A stretch of 64,000 nt of DNA from Thalia democratica (GCA_965202585.1 OZ241833.1:44392001-44456000), one strand, 5' to 3'. Shown: positions 11,601 to 26,600, counted from the stretch's first letter. The notes: a model not told the origin generated them from the sequence alone. Numbers and translations are program-made.

Positions 11601-14600
11601 GGACAGGACATGTCATTCTGCTGAACATTTGTGGATCCGTCAGGAAGGAGTTGGCAGGTCTTTGAAGAGCAAGATGAATGGTCTGGCCATGATTCTCCTA
11701 TCTGTAAAATTAAGCTTTAGCTAGTAAGTATGCTATACAATGACCTAAAGTGTTTTTAAAATGTGTTAGATTTTCTCTAATAATTTAGTTCATGAGTAAG
11801 TTATGTTTGCCTACTGTTTGAATATATTTTTTGATATTTATATCTCAATAAATTCTTATATGTTCGTAGCAACTGCTAAAAGTGTTATACATTAATACAA
11901 GGCACGTCTAAACATCATTCCGTATGTTTTCTATTAAACAAATTTCAAAAGGCACAAAAAGTTCTTATTACACAAACTAACATCCTTGCACTCCTTGTTA
12001 ACGCTGCACCCTGTAGCCTTGCAAACCCCGCAACATCTTCCCTCCTCATACACGAGTTCGTGACACGGAGGGCAGTAGACGTCGCAGGTGGTCTCGAAGC
12101 ACTCGTGGTTCAAGCATCCTGAATCCTGGTGGGTGTACGATCCTGTGCACTGGCAGTTGGTGCATGGACTCGGTTGCCACGTTTCACCAGGCTGTGTTGA
12201 GAATTTTTTTTTTTGTTATCAAACAATTTTTGTTTCTTTAATGAAACTGCTTATAAGTATTTTGCTTTTTAAAACTTGAGTAGTATTGACTAGATCTGCA
12301 AAACAGTATGGGAGAAAATTTGCAATATTTAAGAAAAATGTAATCCTTAGATTTTTCTACGTTTAAACGTAACAATATACAATTTTTCATAACCATAACA
12401 CAAACTGACCAGCTTGTCGGTTCCGTTAAAACTGCAAACGTTTCTGCTTTCACAACTATAATGTTCGCATCCACAACTGTCAACTGTGGTTACTTTCTGC
12501 TCACACAATCCACATTCCGTCTTGTCTGGTCTACACTTGTTGCATTCTGTTGTGATTCAAATTGATCAAAACCGTGCAAGGTGTTTTAATTTATGTGTTT
12601 GTGGTTAATACAGTTAAAAAAGTGTTGTAGAAAAAGCGAAGCAAAACAAATCAATAGCCCTATTTATCATGCATTACTAAAATGATTAACAAGTTTCTTG
12701 AATTATTTTTTTTTTTGTTCAACTGTAAACGAAAATTCAACTTTAAGTATCAAAGCAAACTTTTATAGAACGCTAAACCACTACAAACCACAGTGATACT
12801 CAGGGCAACAATCTGTTTCCTCAGCAACGACGTGTTCCAGTGGTCCGCATGTTGGTGGTTTGGGGCACGGGTTCCTTGTATGGTTGCAGTGGCAGTGGTA
12901 CTCCGGTATGCAGGTGTCCTCGTCAACTTTGACAGGAATGTATCCCGGTCCGCATTGAGGAACTTCAACTGTGGCGCAGTTGTCTTCACCATGACCGAGG
13001 TCGTAGTTGCATACTGGTGGAATTTATTTTATTTAGTTTTTTTATGAATTATTTTTGCATTAGATTATTAAGTTTTATAATAGCGGATTATAAAAGACAG
13101 AGATAGCATTTTTTCTCCATTTTTTCAAATGAAAAAATAAAAACTTAGTATGCTAAATATCGGTTTTGTAGTTTTATTACGTAATAATAACTTATTTTCA
13201 AGTTTTAATGACAAAAGTTTTAGCTTGGTATAAAATGTATTTTATGTTTATTGAAAAATCATCACCATAGCAACTAACCACACTGGTACTCCGGGCAACA
13301 AGGGTCCGATCCCCTCACCATCTCCGCAACGTGACATTTCCCACACTCGGGTATTCCCGGGTTGTAGTCGGCCCCGCAGTATTTAGGGGTGCACACAATT
13401 TGCTGACCCTCCATACAGCTGCATATTTCGCAAGTTTCTCCCTCCGGTATCCAACTTTCTCCTAACTGTATAAAATATTTTGAACATGAATTTAAAGAAT
13501 TTATTCTTGTTAACTTTATTGAAATACTTTATTTAAATTCTTGTTAACTGTATAAAAATAAAGGTTTTAAACTTCTACAAGTTTCAAATCGGGCTTGAAT
13601 TTTATACTAAGTAGATTTCAAACTTTAAAAATAAAGTTCTAGTGAATAAAATTTTAGAGAAATTCTTATAAAAGAGAAGAACATAAAACTATATTAAATT
13701 TTATGTAATACTATTTTGTCTTTCTCAAACAGTACGTATAAATTCTTACCTGAAGGATATCACCATTGTCAGCAACGCAGTTGGTGCAGTTACTAGTAGC
13801 AACGCACTCCCCTCCAACCAAAACGGTTCCCTCCGGACAGAAGCATCCCTCCGCTGATTGTTCCTCGTAACAGGGGATTCCCGATATGAAGTCCCCGCAA
13901 GTCTTTTCGCAATCTGGTTTGCACGCTTGGTACACACGGTCCGATGGACACTCGAGTGCTGTGAAATATTTACTTTTGGTAATTATTAATAACAAAACAG
14001 AAGTTTTAACTGTTATAATTAATCTTGTAAAAAAATTGCTTTAGTTTTAGCAGTTATTTATAATAAAAGTATATTATCTTCGGGGAAAAGTTTTAGTTGA
14101 AATTTTTAATAATTTTTTTTTCAAATTCACACAAGAACAAAGCGTAATTTGCTGTTGTTTGATTTTTAACTCGGATTAACTACGTTGTAAAACACCCTCG
14201 AAAAAATTTGTATTATATGTGTTGAAATACTAAAAACAAAGGTCATCAAGTAAGTAGTTGTTTAAATAAAGTGTTTAGCCTTATTTTGTTAAAGATTTGA
14301 AACTAAAATATCAAAGTAGCAAAGACAAAAAATAACTAACGACAAAGATCATCAGATCTCCAGTCCAAGCAAACTCCCTGTTTCAAACAAGCAAGAGCGT
14401 ATCCATAAAGAGCCTCGCATACAGAGTAATTCCTGCACTCCGCTGTATCGTATGTGCAAATTTTGTAAAACTGCTCCACGTCTACTGCGTCGTGGCATGG
14501 CTGTTGAAAATTTGTAAGTCGAAGTTTTAAATATTAAGACACATGGCAAAGTTAAATTACTGTAAAACTTTAAAAGGACAATTTAAGCTTATATTGTATT

Positions 14601-17600
14601 AATTACTATCATTACATATTACGGTTATAGAAAATAAGTACAAGTTTATTCAACATGTCAAAAATTTAAAAACTTTTTTGTGTATAACAAAAAGTTTGTC
14701 AAGAATTTAAATGCTAGATAAACTTTAAAATTGGCTATGGTTCATGATGTTTATCTACCTATGAAATAAAGGTTTTAACTATTTTAACACTACAAAGATG
14801 CAAAGATATAAAAGTATATATCAAATTAAACACATATAAATCACTAACCGCGAAAACATCGGACTTGAGTATCTCGCACTTCTTATCCGGCTTGGGACGC
14901 TCGCATGTTTGTTCCTCCTTCATGCAGTCCGTCTTGTTCTCGACTACCAACCACGACATGGCGAAATCGATCACTTCCAACTCGATCGTTCCCTCTCTGT
15001 TGGTCAGCTCGTCCGATTGGTCGTTGTTACACACTCCTGTATTTTGATTGGTTTATAAATATTAGTGGTAGGTTATTTAACGTTTAAACTAAGATCAAGT
15101 GAAAACCTCTAGTTATGTTTCGCTCAATTATTTTACAATAAGTTGTGTTTTATTTGAAATTAGAGACATAATTTATGTTAAAAACTGTATAGTACATGAT
15201 GGTCTTATTTTAAACTAAGCAAAAGTAAGTAAAAAATAGCAGCAATTTACAAATGATGTAATACAACTTAACAAGCAATTTTAACAAAAAGTTATTTAAA
15301 AAAAATTCACTAACCGCAAAGTCCCTCTGTTCTGTTGAAGTAGTGTTGCCACGGCACGGCCAAGCTCCAGCTGTAATCTTCTCCTGTGTACGTCAGAGTA
15401 AGGTCTATGCTCTTGATTGTGACGTAGAAGAGAGAAATTCCCCTCAGTTCCACGTGGATGCCTGATACGTGGGTTATTGGAAGAGTGGACCAATCCAACA
15501 GTGGACCGTTGTTGAATGAGTACTATAAAATGGAATTACAAGATTAAGATGTCAATGTAAAATGAGTACTGATAAGGTAATAAACTTTAGTATATCGAAA
15601 ATATATTTTTGCTTATTTTTTTTAGCCTGAATTGTTGAAAAAGTAGATTTTCGTAAGTTTCATTATTTTTTTAAGCCAAAAACTTAAAGGTTATCCAATC
15701 TCTTACAGCAATAACTATGCTTATCAGTCTTAAAATAAAACTGATAATATTTCAATCTTATATGCAAATAAACTAACAGTGTAGTTCTTGTAAATGATCA
15801 GTGTTGTCTCGTTGTATCTGATGTACATTTTTCTTGTACAAGTCGTATCCGGTGCCTCTGGGCAGGCAACATTGTCCATCCAGATCTAATTTTATACATT
15901 TATAGTTAGTTTCTGTTTTCTAATGTTGTGTTTTCAGTTTTTTACACTAAAAATATAACTAATTGACTACTAAATTTTAAAATATCAGTATGATAAATGC
16001 TGAATTTACTTTTAGAATTTTAAATTGGTTCTATATTACTTTAAGACAGTTTCAACGCTTTTTAAACATTTAAAATGAATATACAGTACATCAATAGTTA
16101 AATAACAACATAATGGTATAAATAATAAATAATTAACTAAATATCAAAACAAACTTCGTATTCGTGAGGCCAGTTGGAGTGGTGCTCGTTCATGTCACGT
16201 GACAATACAAATGTGCAGTTTCCTTGGAACGGGTAGTAGTATCCGTCGAATGTGAAAAAGTGAGGGTCTCCTTGACCAAAGCAGTAACCTTAAATATATA
16301 ATTTGTTTAAGACTGGCACTTAAAGTATAACTTTTATTTCAATAAACTTTATGGTTTATCGAAAGTGAAAGTTGAGGGTCTCTTTGACCAAAGCAGTATC
16401 CTATTATTAGTTTTCATTGTGTCTAAAACTAGTCAGTTAGAACTTATATACAATCTTATGAGTAAAAAAACGTAAATTTTAAGACACTTACAAACATCAA
16501 GTACATTTGCAAGTAAAAACCGTCATACAAATACAACAACTACCAACATTGACACTCCCATTCACAAGAGCATCCGTCCTCCTTCATGACAGGTTGGAAC
16601 CCGTTCCTGCAAACAGGCTTGTCCTCAGGTCTGCAAACTTTTCTGACATCCTCACTTTCGATGATGCAGCTTCCATCAGGCACCTCCAAGCAGGTTGATG
16701 TGACGCATAGTGATTCGTCACCGCGCATCGGCCACGTTTCACCCGGTAAGTGGTCTCCTCCCTGTGTGTAAGAAAGATTAAAATGTATTTATACCATACT
16801 AAATTCGCATGTTAAATTTCTTTGTTGGTGTGTTTGAGAAAAGAAACAATTTTTATTTTTTATAGATAACTAAACATTTATGTTTGTTAATAACCTCTGA
16901 GAACACTATTTTAAGCTTCAAAACTGACATGACTGTTTTAATATATTTTTACAAGCCGATCACAATTAGCTTTTATACTACTTCTATAGGTTTGTATTTC
17001 TTTCATCGTCATTTTGTTGCAGTTTTATACTATTGAAAGCAATACTTATAATAAAACATCACATACGTTAGAGTCGACGCATTTGCACGGTTCCGGTTGA
17101 GTTGTTGTTGTGGGGGCAGGTGTTGTGGTGGTCCTGGGCGTAGTGGTGGTCTTGGGTCTGGTTGTCGTGGTAGCCGGGATGGTTGTCGTGGTAACGGGGG
17201 GAGGGGTGGGTTTTGGCGGGCACTCGCTCACGTGTTTGCATTTCATTTGTTCATAATCGAACACCTCGTCTGATAATAAAAATTTTAGATGAGTATTTTA
17301 TTTAAATAAAGTTTAAAAGTTTTATCACAAAGTTAAAAGTTTTAATTACGTACAGTTTACTAATAATAAAATATTTAAATTTTTTATTAGTTACAAAGAA
17401 AATGTTATTACCATACGTACTCAACAAAAAAGTTACTCTTTTAATTAAACTATTAGTAAAAACCAGTTTTACATTTGGTACATAAATTAAAATATCATAT
17501 CTATATTTTTATCATTAATATAGAAAGACATCATTTAATAACAATAGTTATCAAACCGGGTTTGCATTCGGTGTAGCAGCCCTCCAAGTTCTTCCACGGG

Positions 17601-20600
17601 CAATCCTTGGGTTTTGGGTCGTCGCAGGTGGGTGGGCACGGGTTTCCACAGGGTTCGTACTTCCACGAGCACGTGCCGTTCACCCCGAAATCGGGGGTTC
17701 CCCACGTTGGGTCGTAAGTCTCGCACATGATGGGGCAAATTTCGTTGCTACGCCAACTGATACAAACTCCTGCCTCGCTACAAGCCTGTTGGGTGGTAAA
17801 GTTTAATTAGTTTTCTATTAAGTTTCTGTTTTATTTATTGTTTTATATAACTATTAAGAATGTCATATTGTTATTACGTGGGTTACTTTTTTATACATTA
17901 TTTACTACTTTCTGACACCTTTTTTGTGCCTTTTATGTTTATAGAGCGTTTATTGTAAATTTTTGACACATATAACACTTTTACATTAATTTTGTTTTAA
18001 ACAAATATCGTTATATATGTTTGTTTGATTTTTTTTTAATACATTATTGTTTAACACTTATTTATCCTTTAAATTTAAGTTTTTAAAAGTTATTTGTATT
18101 AGTATTAATTTACATTGACCTTTCACTGTGAGCCTTAAATAAGATTGTTAAAGATATCAAATAACTGAAGCATAACATTTAGCCATTCGACGAAAATAAA
18201 AACATACAACTATAATACAAACCTGCGCATATGCAGCCACTGCGTTACAGAAGCACTCGCAGTCCCCACCGTCAGTACACCCGCATGTGTCGAACAGGCA
18301 GTCCTCGTAGAAAGTCGTGGGGTCCACCACTGGGTGGCACTCTTCAAAAACGTCCCTGATGATCACCGCGCATTTCTCGTGCGCCCATTCTTGACGTTCT
18401 GGGTTCACCTCGCACGGGTTGCCCGGGGAACTGCCGTCTGGGCAGGACTCTGATGTCTGTTTAAGAATTTGTGTTTTTTATATACTTTTTTTTGATGTTA
18501 ATTTTTTTGTGTAGTAGTTGTTTTTTTTTAACTTGTTTCTTTATTGTTTATAAAAAAGACTAAAACATAATTTCAAATTTTTTTTTTCTGTTTCAGGTAA
18601 AATTAAATTCTAACAAAAACTTTTGCTTGAAACTTTGGCAACAAAACAGTTTATGCAAAACAATTAAACTTTCTGTGTGAAAAATTTACCTTCCAATCGT
18701 TACCGAAGTCAGTTTCTGAAGTTATTTGATCTCCGTCTCTTCCTTCGAAATCATTGGATGAATCTCCATCAAAATCTCCGCACAAGCCTCTGACCTTGTT
18801 CATATGTTTAGCTCCCAGTTTCACTTTTACCTGGAACAATGTTGATAGTTTAATCAGAAGTTTATCTAATGATAACAAAAAGTCCCAAGCATTTGAAATT
18901 CAAGATAAGTTTCAGTTGTTAATACTGAGTAAGCAACATCACTTTAATTCTACATAAACAATTTAGTTAAGTTTGCTACAAGCATTTTGTTTTTTTTTTC
19001 TCAATCACTTTTATACAATATTATGTAATCGAAGTTAGATAGTTCATGAAAAACTACGTAAATAAAACCTAAAACTAGCATGTCAGCAATCAAATTAGTT
19101 ATTAATTTTTCACAAACCTTGGTGCTGGAATCCCACATGACATCGATACCATCATTAGTTTCTATGATGTGGTAGATGGATCCCTTCCTGACCGTGTAAT
19201 ACTTTCCTGTGGGGATCTTTCCAAAACCACCGTTCTCTGCGTCATATTCCTGGATTATCTGTATGTTTTGTTTTATTACAAAAGTTTTGTTCTTATTGAT
19301 GGTACAAAAAGACATGCTTAAATTAACTGAAAATTTATATGGTATACAATAAATAAGTTTATTAATTTGGGTTTTAAAACATCAGTAGTAACGCTTAACA
19401 AAAAGAGCTTAATTCTTTTATTTTACGTTAACACTACACTTTATTTTTTTACTTATTCTAACAAAAATAAAATTTCAAAAACTAAACGTTATCTGCTGAG
19501 TTTTAAGCCTTATCTAAAAGTTATGACTAACTGGTTCATTTTCGCCCCTTGTGAGACGGAACACTTTGCTGTACCAGTAAAAGGTTACTGATTTGGAGCA
19601 GGTAAGATGCTTGTTGGCATCTCCACACGGTACATTCTCAACCTTAACCCTGAATGTTCCGTTGTTCTCTACCATCACGTATGAACAGTCTCCCTGTGAG
19701 AAAGTGATTTGTTATTATTTATGTTTTAAATGAAACTGTGTATTGATTAGTTTGGGTATAATTATTTTGTTAATAATCGTTATTTTCTATGATCAGTACA
19801 TTTTCGGAAATATATAAATATATTGCTTTGATTAGTTTTCAACAAACTAAAGCTCTTGTTTTCTTTTAAGTTCTAAACTAACTCTAACAAGTAAAGATGT
19901 TATAGCTGTAAGTCATGTTTGAGACAAACTTCTTAGTTTGAAAAATCAAACAAACCTGGAAATCGTATTCCCTGCCATCGAAAGTTTTGTAATGGGGATC
20001 TCCCCAAGCCGAGCACTCCTGGGGGCACTGCTTCTCCGTGCACACCCACGCTCCCCCTTCGCAAGTACAGTCGTTGCAATCCTGCTTGATGCTGCTTCCT
20101 GATTGGTGGATTTCACCGTTGTGCTCGCACGGACAATGAGATTGCTTCACACATTTACCTGATCTCTCGTCTGTTGTTTGGTTTATATATTAAAAAAAGT
20201 TTTTCAATTCTTTCTATCAGTAGAAATTATGTTAATCATTTTCTATATTGATAAAACCTTAATTCATCTTATAATCAGTTAAAATAACGGAAGATTTAGA
20301 TTTAAACATGTATGTATACTTTTACTGACTTTTATTTAAGCAAGATTAATTTTATTACCATTCATTTAATTAAATTTTTTTAACTTTTAAATTTACTTAT
20401 ATACATTTCTTTAATAAAATTTGAAAATTCAATATTTATGTAAATTATAGTACCAAAACATTTTTCAAATATTAGTTGTTAAAACTAATTACAAACTATC
20501 CTACCAAGTATTTTTCCTTTGGGACAGGCGCATCCAGGGGTACAATACTTCTCATCTACGGAGCAGAAAAGGTTGGAAGTCTGACAAGTTGATAGGCAAC

Positions 20601-23600
20601 CAACCCCCTTGTGGTTGTCGTGGCAACCCACGAATTCCATGGGGGCCTCGCACTTGGTCGGTTCCTCTTGGATGAGCTCACACTCAAGTTTTCCACCGGT
20701 GCACACGCTGGTGAAGTTGGTAAGTTGTTAATCTAGTAAGCTTTTTTTTATATTAGATACGATTTTACGAAAACGCATACAGAATTTAGACAGACTAGTA
20801 TATTATTTAAAAGCAAAAAAAATCAAGTTTCATTTATATAAAATTAAGTTATTCTTTCAATTTAGTTTAATTATTTAAACATAGTTTTAGGACTTCAAAC
20901 GTCTTTTTTACATAGTACTTTAAAGCAAGTTAATGTTTAAAAAGAATTTTAACTGAGCGCTGTAAATGTCATTAAAAATCGTTTAGGTAGCAAGTTCATG
21001 CTTTGCAACCGTAATGCAAAAAATTCCACAACCATAAAACCAACCAAGCGTATGAATCCCTTTCAACCTTCTCTCCTGGTTGGTAAACCTCACCGTTGTC
21101 ATAACACTGGCATTCTTCCTTAGCAACGCACTCCCCACCCTGCAGGAGGGTACCTGGTGGGCAGTAGCAACCCGGGTAGCAACCGTGGGTGCACTCACTG
21201 ACCCCCAGCATTTTGCAGGAAGATTGGCAGACCTCACCGCATTCGCTGTACATCAGACCGTCAGGGCAGGTTACAGCTGAAGAATATAAAATATTTTTAT
21301 AAGAAGTACAAAGTAGAAGTGTATTTAGTTTATATTAGGCGAGCTACGTATAAAACTTCACAATTTTCATGATGATGAATAAATTTATTTTTTATACCTC
21401 AAACTATACTTCTGTTAAACTTTCAAAACTCCCACAAAAAATAAATGTTGTAACCATTTGAATTGTTTTATGGGTTTTATAAAAAAAAGTGTTTTAACTC
21501 ACGACAAACAGTAGCGTTTCTCCAGTTATTAATAATTCCCTGTTTGGCACACTGCCTCGCGTAATCTGAAAATATTTCGCAAGCGCACTCCATTTCGTTT
21601 GTACATTCACATACATCTTGTCTGTTGGGAAAAATAAGAAGTTAATAGTTTGTCAAACATAGTAGATTTGGAACTAATCAGTATTTGACTTATGAATGAC
21701 AAGTACAAAACTGATTAAGTTTTTAGGTTTGAAAACTATTAAGATAATTCCCGTGGTTTTCATTCATAAAAAATTTTATCGAAAATTGACGACACTTACT
21801 AACAAAATAACAGTTAATACAAACTACTACATATATTAAAAAAAGAAAGAAAGAAGTTTAATTAAATAATACCAACTTGCACTTGGAGTAGGCGACGTTG
21901 GGATCAACAGCGGAGTGGCAACTAGCGAACACATCAGATTTCAAAACACCGCAAATTTTCTCCGCTTGATGGCGCTTCGTGACGTCATCGAGACACGTGA
22001 CTGGCGGGGAGGCGGGAGGCATGTCGCCGCAACTTCCTGATGCCTGCAAGCAATAAGTTATGTAAGCATTTTATTTGTCTAAAGGTATTATCGTTACTCA
22101 AACGTCGAAGCACTTTTTAGCAAGTGTTGACTTTTTTCTTAAGTTTTGTTCTTTCTAGAGATTTTAAGTTATTGTTTAAAATTATTTTAAACTAAAATTT
22201 GTCGTATTTATACAACCAAGAAAGTAGACTACACAACTATATTTAAAAAAGTAATATTGTTATTGTTAAAAACTTATCAAATGCTTTATTATTGTACTAT
22301 TTATAAACAAAACAAACCTTCCAGGAGTTACCAAAGTTGGTGGTGTCAGAGGTGAGGGAGTTCTTTGAAGTCCTGAGATCATCTGTTTTCAGCTGATTAA
22401 AGTTTCCGCAAAGACCGCACACCTTAGACTGCCACTCTGGTGCAAGCTGTTTGAGTGATAAAATACTAAATAGAGTGAAATATTGTATAGTAATAGCTTG
22501 GATAAAGTTTTTGTTTTACGAATAAAACTAACGAGTTTTGAAATTTGTCTTTTAGTGAAAAAATTATGAAAAAGTCTTAATGACCGTTTTCTAGTTTATG
22601 CTAATTTTATGACATTAAAATAAACGCTTGTCTAAGCCTGTTTTTAATGAAGATTTTAATTCAAACTAACTCTTAGATAGACACGCATTTCTCCGTCCCA
22701 TTCGATTTCTATTCCGTTGTCAGTTTTCAATAATGTCATCATATCACTGATACTTTCGACATTTACACCACCTAAGTTAAACAAGTTGTATCATTTTTAA
22801 GGCTACTAGTATTTAATATTTTTCAATAATTTCATCATATCGCTTAAGATTTAAACATTTACATTACCTAGGTTGATATTAAAACTCGAAAATATTGTTC
22901 GAAAGCTAATATAACTTTACTTTTAACGATTAAAATAGCTACTTTGGTAAATTTTAAACACTTAATGCTTTTCAAAATATTTACAAAACTTGAAGAAATT
23001 TAATAATAAGTATATAAAATAGAAAGAGTTTTTTTTTAAATGTTGATTTTTTTTTTATATCTTAAATTACAAACCATGTTCATAAGGTAACTCGATTGTA
23101 GCGCCATCTACCGAAACTACACCCTTCTGTTCCAATTTGAAAGTGGTCTGGACGCTTGGACTGGTCTTCAGTACCAAAGTCGCCGCTTTCACGCAAGTCT
23201 TGCCCGGCTGGTCACCACATTCCACGTTCTCTACTACAACCTGTAAATTAGTGAATATTTTTTTAATAAGTAGCTAAAAAACTAAGATGTTTTTGAATAA
23301 AAATAACTAGCTAAACTGCTATCACTTTGTTACAACTTTAACTAACAGAGGTGCAATAGCTAATCTTAGACTTACAGCGAGTTTGAACAATTATAAAGTT
23401 TAGGTTTAAGTTTAGAAATGTTTAAATAACGAAAAGTCAATATAAAACAGCAAAAGTGAACTTTTACTTCCCTGTACCCACAGTGCAACAATGTATTGAA
23501 AATATTATATGTATATAGTATTATTAAACAAATAAGACTATTAAATAAAACTAACAGCGAAAGTAAACTGATCCTTTCCACTACCCACAGTGCACCCATC

Positions 23601-26600
23601 AGTAGATAGAACGTACTTGCAAGTACCGCTGAACGTGTAATCGACCCCGTCAAACGTGTTGAAATGGGGATCTCCCAAAGCCGAACATTCACCCCAACAA
23701 GGTGTCGACTCGCACAACCACTCGCCAGAATTGCATGTGCTGATTAGGAAATTATTTTTTATAAGTTTAAGTAGAAAACTTTGATAAAAACAGGCTAATT
23801 TACTGATAACAATATTGAATAAAAATTATTTAAAAGTGTAAGGTAACAAAATAAGTTAAGTGTACTTGTTATCGCAAATGTTCATAAAATATTTTATATG
23901 TACCGTTTGAAATACCAAGAAGGTTTATGTGAAACTGTTAGATAAAAAACAAATATTTTTGCATACAAAAAAAAACGTTTAAGTGCCTTGATGTACAGAA
24001 AATCGTTAACAAAATAGGCTCATAAAAATTGTTAATACGAGTTAAAACCAGTTTTTACAGCACTTTTGAACTACCAAAAAATCTATTTGATAATAAAAGT
24101 GAATGTTTAAATCTTAAAAGTTGAACATCGTTGTTATATAACTATAAAATAATACACAAAAATTTTGTGCCCAATGTTGCCAATAAATCTTAACTCCAAG
24201 TGTCGACAATAGAGAGCAAGATGCTGATAGCGATTTAACACCCGTTAAGCAATCAAACACAAGCATTCTAGCGTGCGCAAACACAAGCTGAAATTTACAC
24301 AGGGGTTTGGAAATATAAAAGTTTGCTCAGTGGGTGTGTTAAAACTTTTACTTGAAATGAAGTTGTTTTGTTTGAGCTTTTAAGACGTGAGAGAGTTTGA
24401 ACGGTGTCACAATGAGCCAACGTCATAATCGTAATCGATATACGTCATAGTAATAATTGAATGCGTCGCAATAATAATTTGTACGCGTAGTTGCATAAGT
24501 AATAATTGACTTTGTGACGTATAAACTTAATTCTTATAATATGTTGTCCTGAAAGTTATTTAGCTTGAACTTCTAATACTCCATAGTAATAATTATTTGC
24601 TTAGCTAGTCAAACCAATTTTAACACTTTGACCTGTAAAAACGTGAGAGTGAACTGGAAATTATGTTAGTCAAATAAAAGAAGAACAAGTAAGCTGTTAC
24701 GAAAAACATCTTTGAACTTTGCCACTTCTTGTTGTAATTTAATCTGATTGGTCTTGTTTTGATCTGATTATATTCAAAGCTTTTAAAAAATTTGTAATAT
24801 ATGTATGTGCACAAGCTTTGTTAAAACTTAAAACCTTGATCAAAAAAGGAAATTAACATTTTAAAGATAATAACAACATTTTAAAATAAAATGTTTTTGA
24901 AAGAATTGTTAGTTGTAGTGTTAGTTAAACTTTTATAAGTTAAAGGATAACTATCGATTAGTTTATAAGTCTTTAATTGTTTATTTAGTGCTTTATACTT
25001 GGCTATTTTCGTTTATTGTTTCGATTTTAACTTAAAACAAACTTATTTAACTTCTAACTGAAAGTTAATAAAACCTATACACAAGTTATAATTCCAGTAA
25101 ATTCTCTTAACAACTGTAGTAAACAAACTGAAATGAAAGAGTAAACATTTTAAAATTAACTTTCCTGCGTCGTAAAATGACCATAAAAGTTTAAACCACG
25201 CGTAGAATACGTGATACTAGAAAGTTTGTTTTAGTTTGATGTTATAAAATGATTTATATGACTTGGTGTTTGAAATTTGCTTTATTAATTAACTTGACAA
25301 CTTAACATTTACAGTATGACAATTTAAACTTTATACATGTATATTTCAATAAGCACCCGCGTAAGGTAACTTATATCTAGGTTTGCAATATATACGATAA
25401 AAATAGATGATATCTTTAAAATTACTTGAAAATATAGGCACTTAAAACTTTATTGTTTAACAATGGAAGATATTTTCTAGATTAATTATAGTCTGCATAA
25501 AACTTTTCTCAGCTTAAAATGACCAGAAAACAAGTAAAAACGTTTTATAAAAATGCACAATTCGATATCTAGACAACACTTTTTTGAAAATTTTTTCAAT
25601 GTAAAAAAAGTTTGACAAATAAACGAAACAGTTTAAATTATTGAAACATAATTTAAGCATGTCAAAAACTTCTTTTATCAATTCTTAGTAATATAAAACA
25701 ACATTTAACTATACCATCATGAACACTTACTAAGAAACAAAACATAAACACTAAAAAAACAACTAACACGTCACAAAACCAACCATTGTTCGCAGCTTCC
25801 TTCCCTCACTTGCCCGGATGCAAACTCAACACCCTCGTGCACGCACTTGCACTCGTCTTGTGGCACGCAACTGTCACCTTCCAGCACGTGGCCGTCAGGG
25901 CAGAAGCAGCCGTCCAAGCAAGTTGATGGACAGTCCATCTCCTCGTCCTTGTTCTTGCAGGTTGGAACGCACGGGTTTCCGCACTCCTTGTACACCATGT
26001 TGGTCGGACACGTTTTTGCTGAAATAGTTAATAATAATAAGAAGAATTACTAAATTTACAAATCATGGTATAAAAGTGATGCTTAAAGAACTTTAAAAAT
26101 TGTGCTCAGTGCTAAGTAAAATAAAAAAATGTTTATTTATTTTATGTATTATTCATTTTCACTTAAACAACTTGAAAAACTCTGCTTAAATAAAAAGTTC
26201 TTTTAAACATCATTAAAAACACTTTTTCAAAAGTATTGTAGTGTATTATGAACACTCATAAGAAAGATATTTATTATAAAAAACAATTACAAGCAACTCA
26301 CGACAAAACTCGTCACTCCTCCACACTCCATCGAACACCCCATCACCCATCTGCACGCACATCCTCGAGTATGACGTCACAGCGTCGCACACACACGCCT
26401 CCAAGCGGCCGGATGCACAGCTGCATATTAATTGGACGCACATCTGTTCGAGCACTTCGGCTCCCACCTTGCAGTTGAATGATGAGCCCTGGTTGGCTAG
26501 ATACGTACAATCACGTGTCACGTTCTGTTGTGACGTAGTAATGATCAATTATGACATAGTAATAGTGTAATTTGACGTAATAATGATAAGTTATGTCGTA

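Noticed and set aside
24180-24820. Possible nested gene in the 2-kb intron (TATAAAA at ~24314, ATG at ~24357, ORF 24620-24814)
   Set aside because: The ATG frame stops after 8 codons and the other ORF has intron-like composition. May be regulatory but unsupported.
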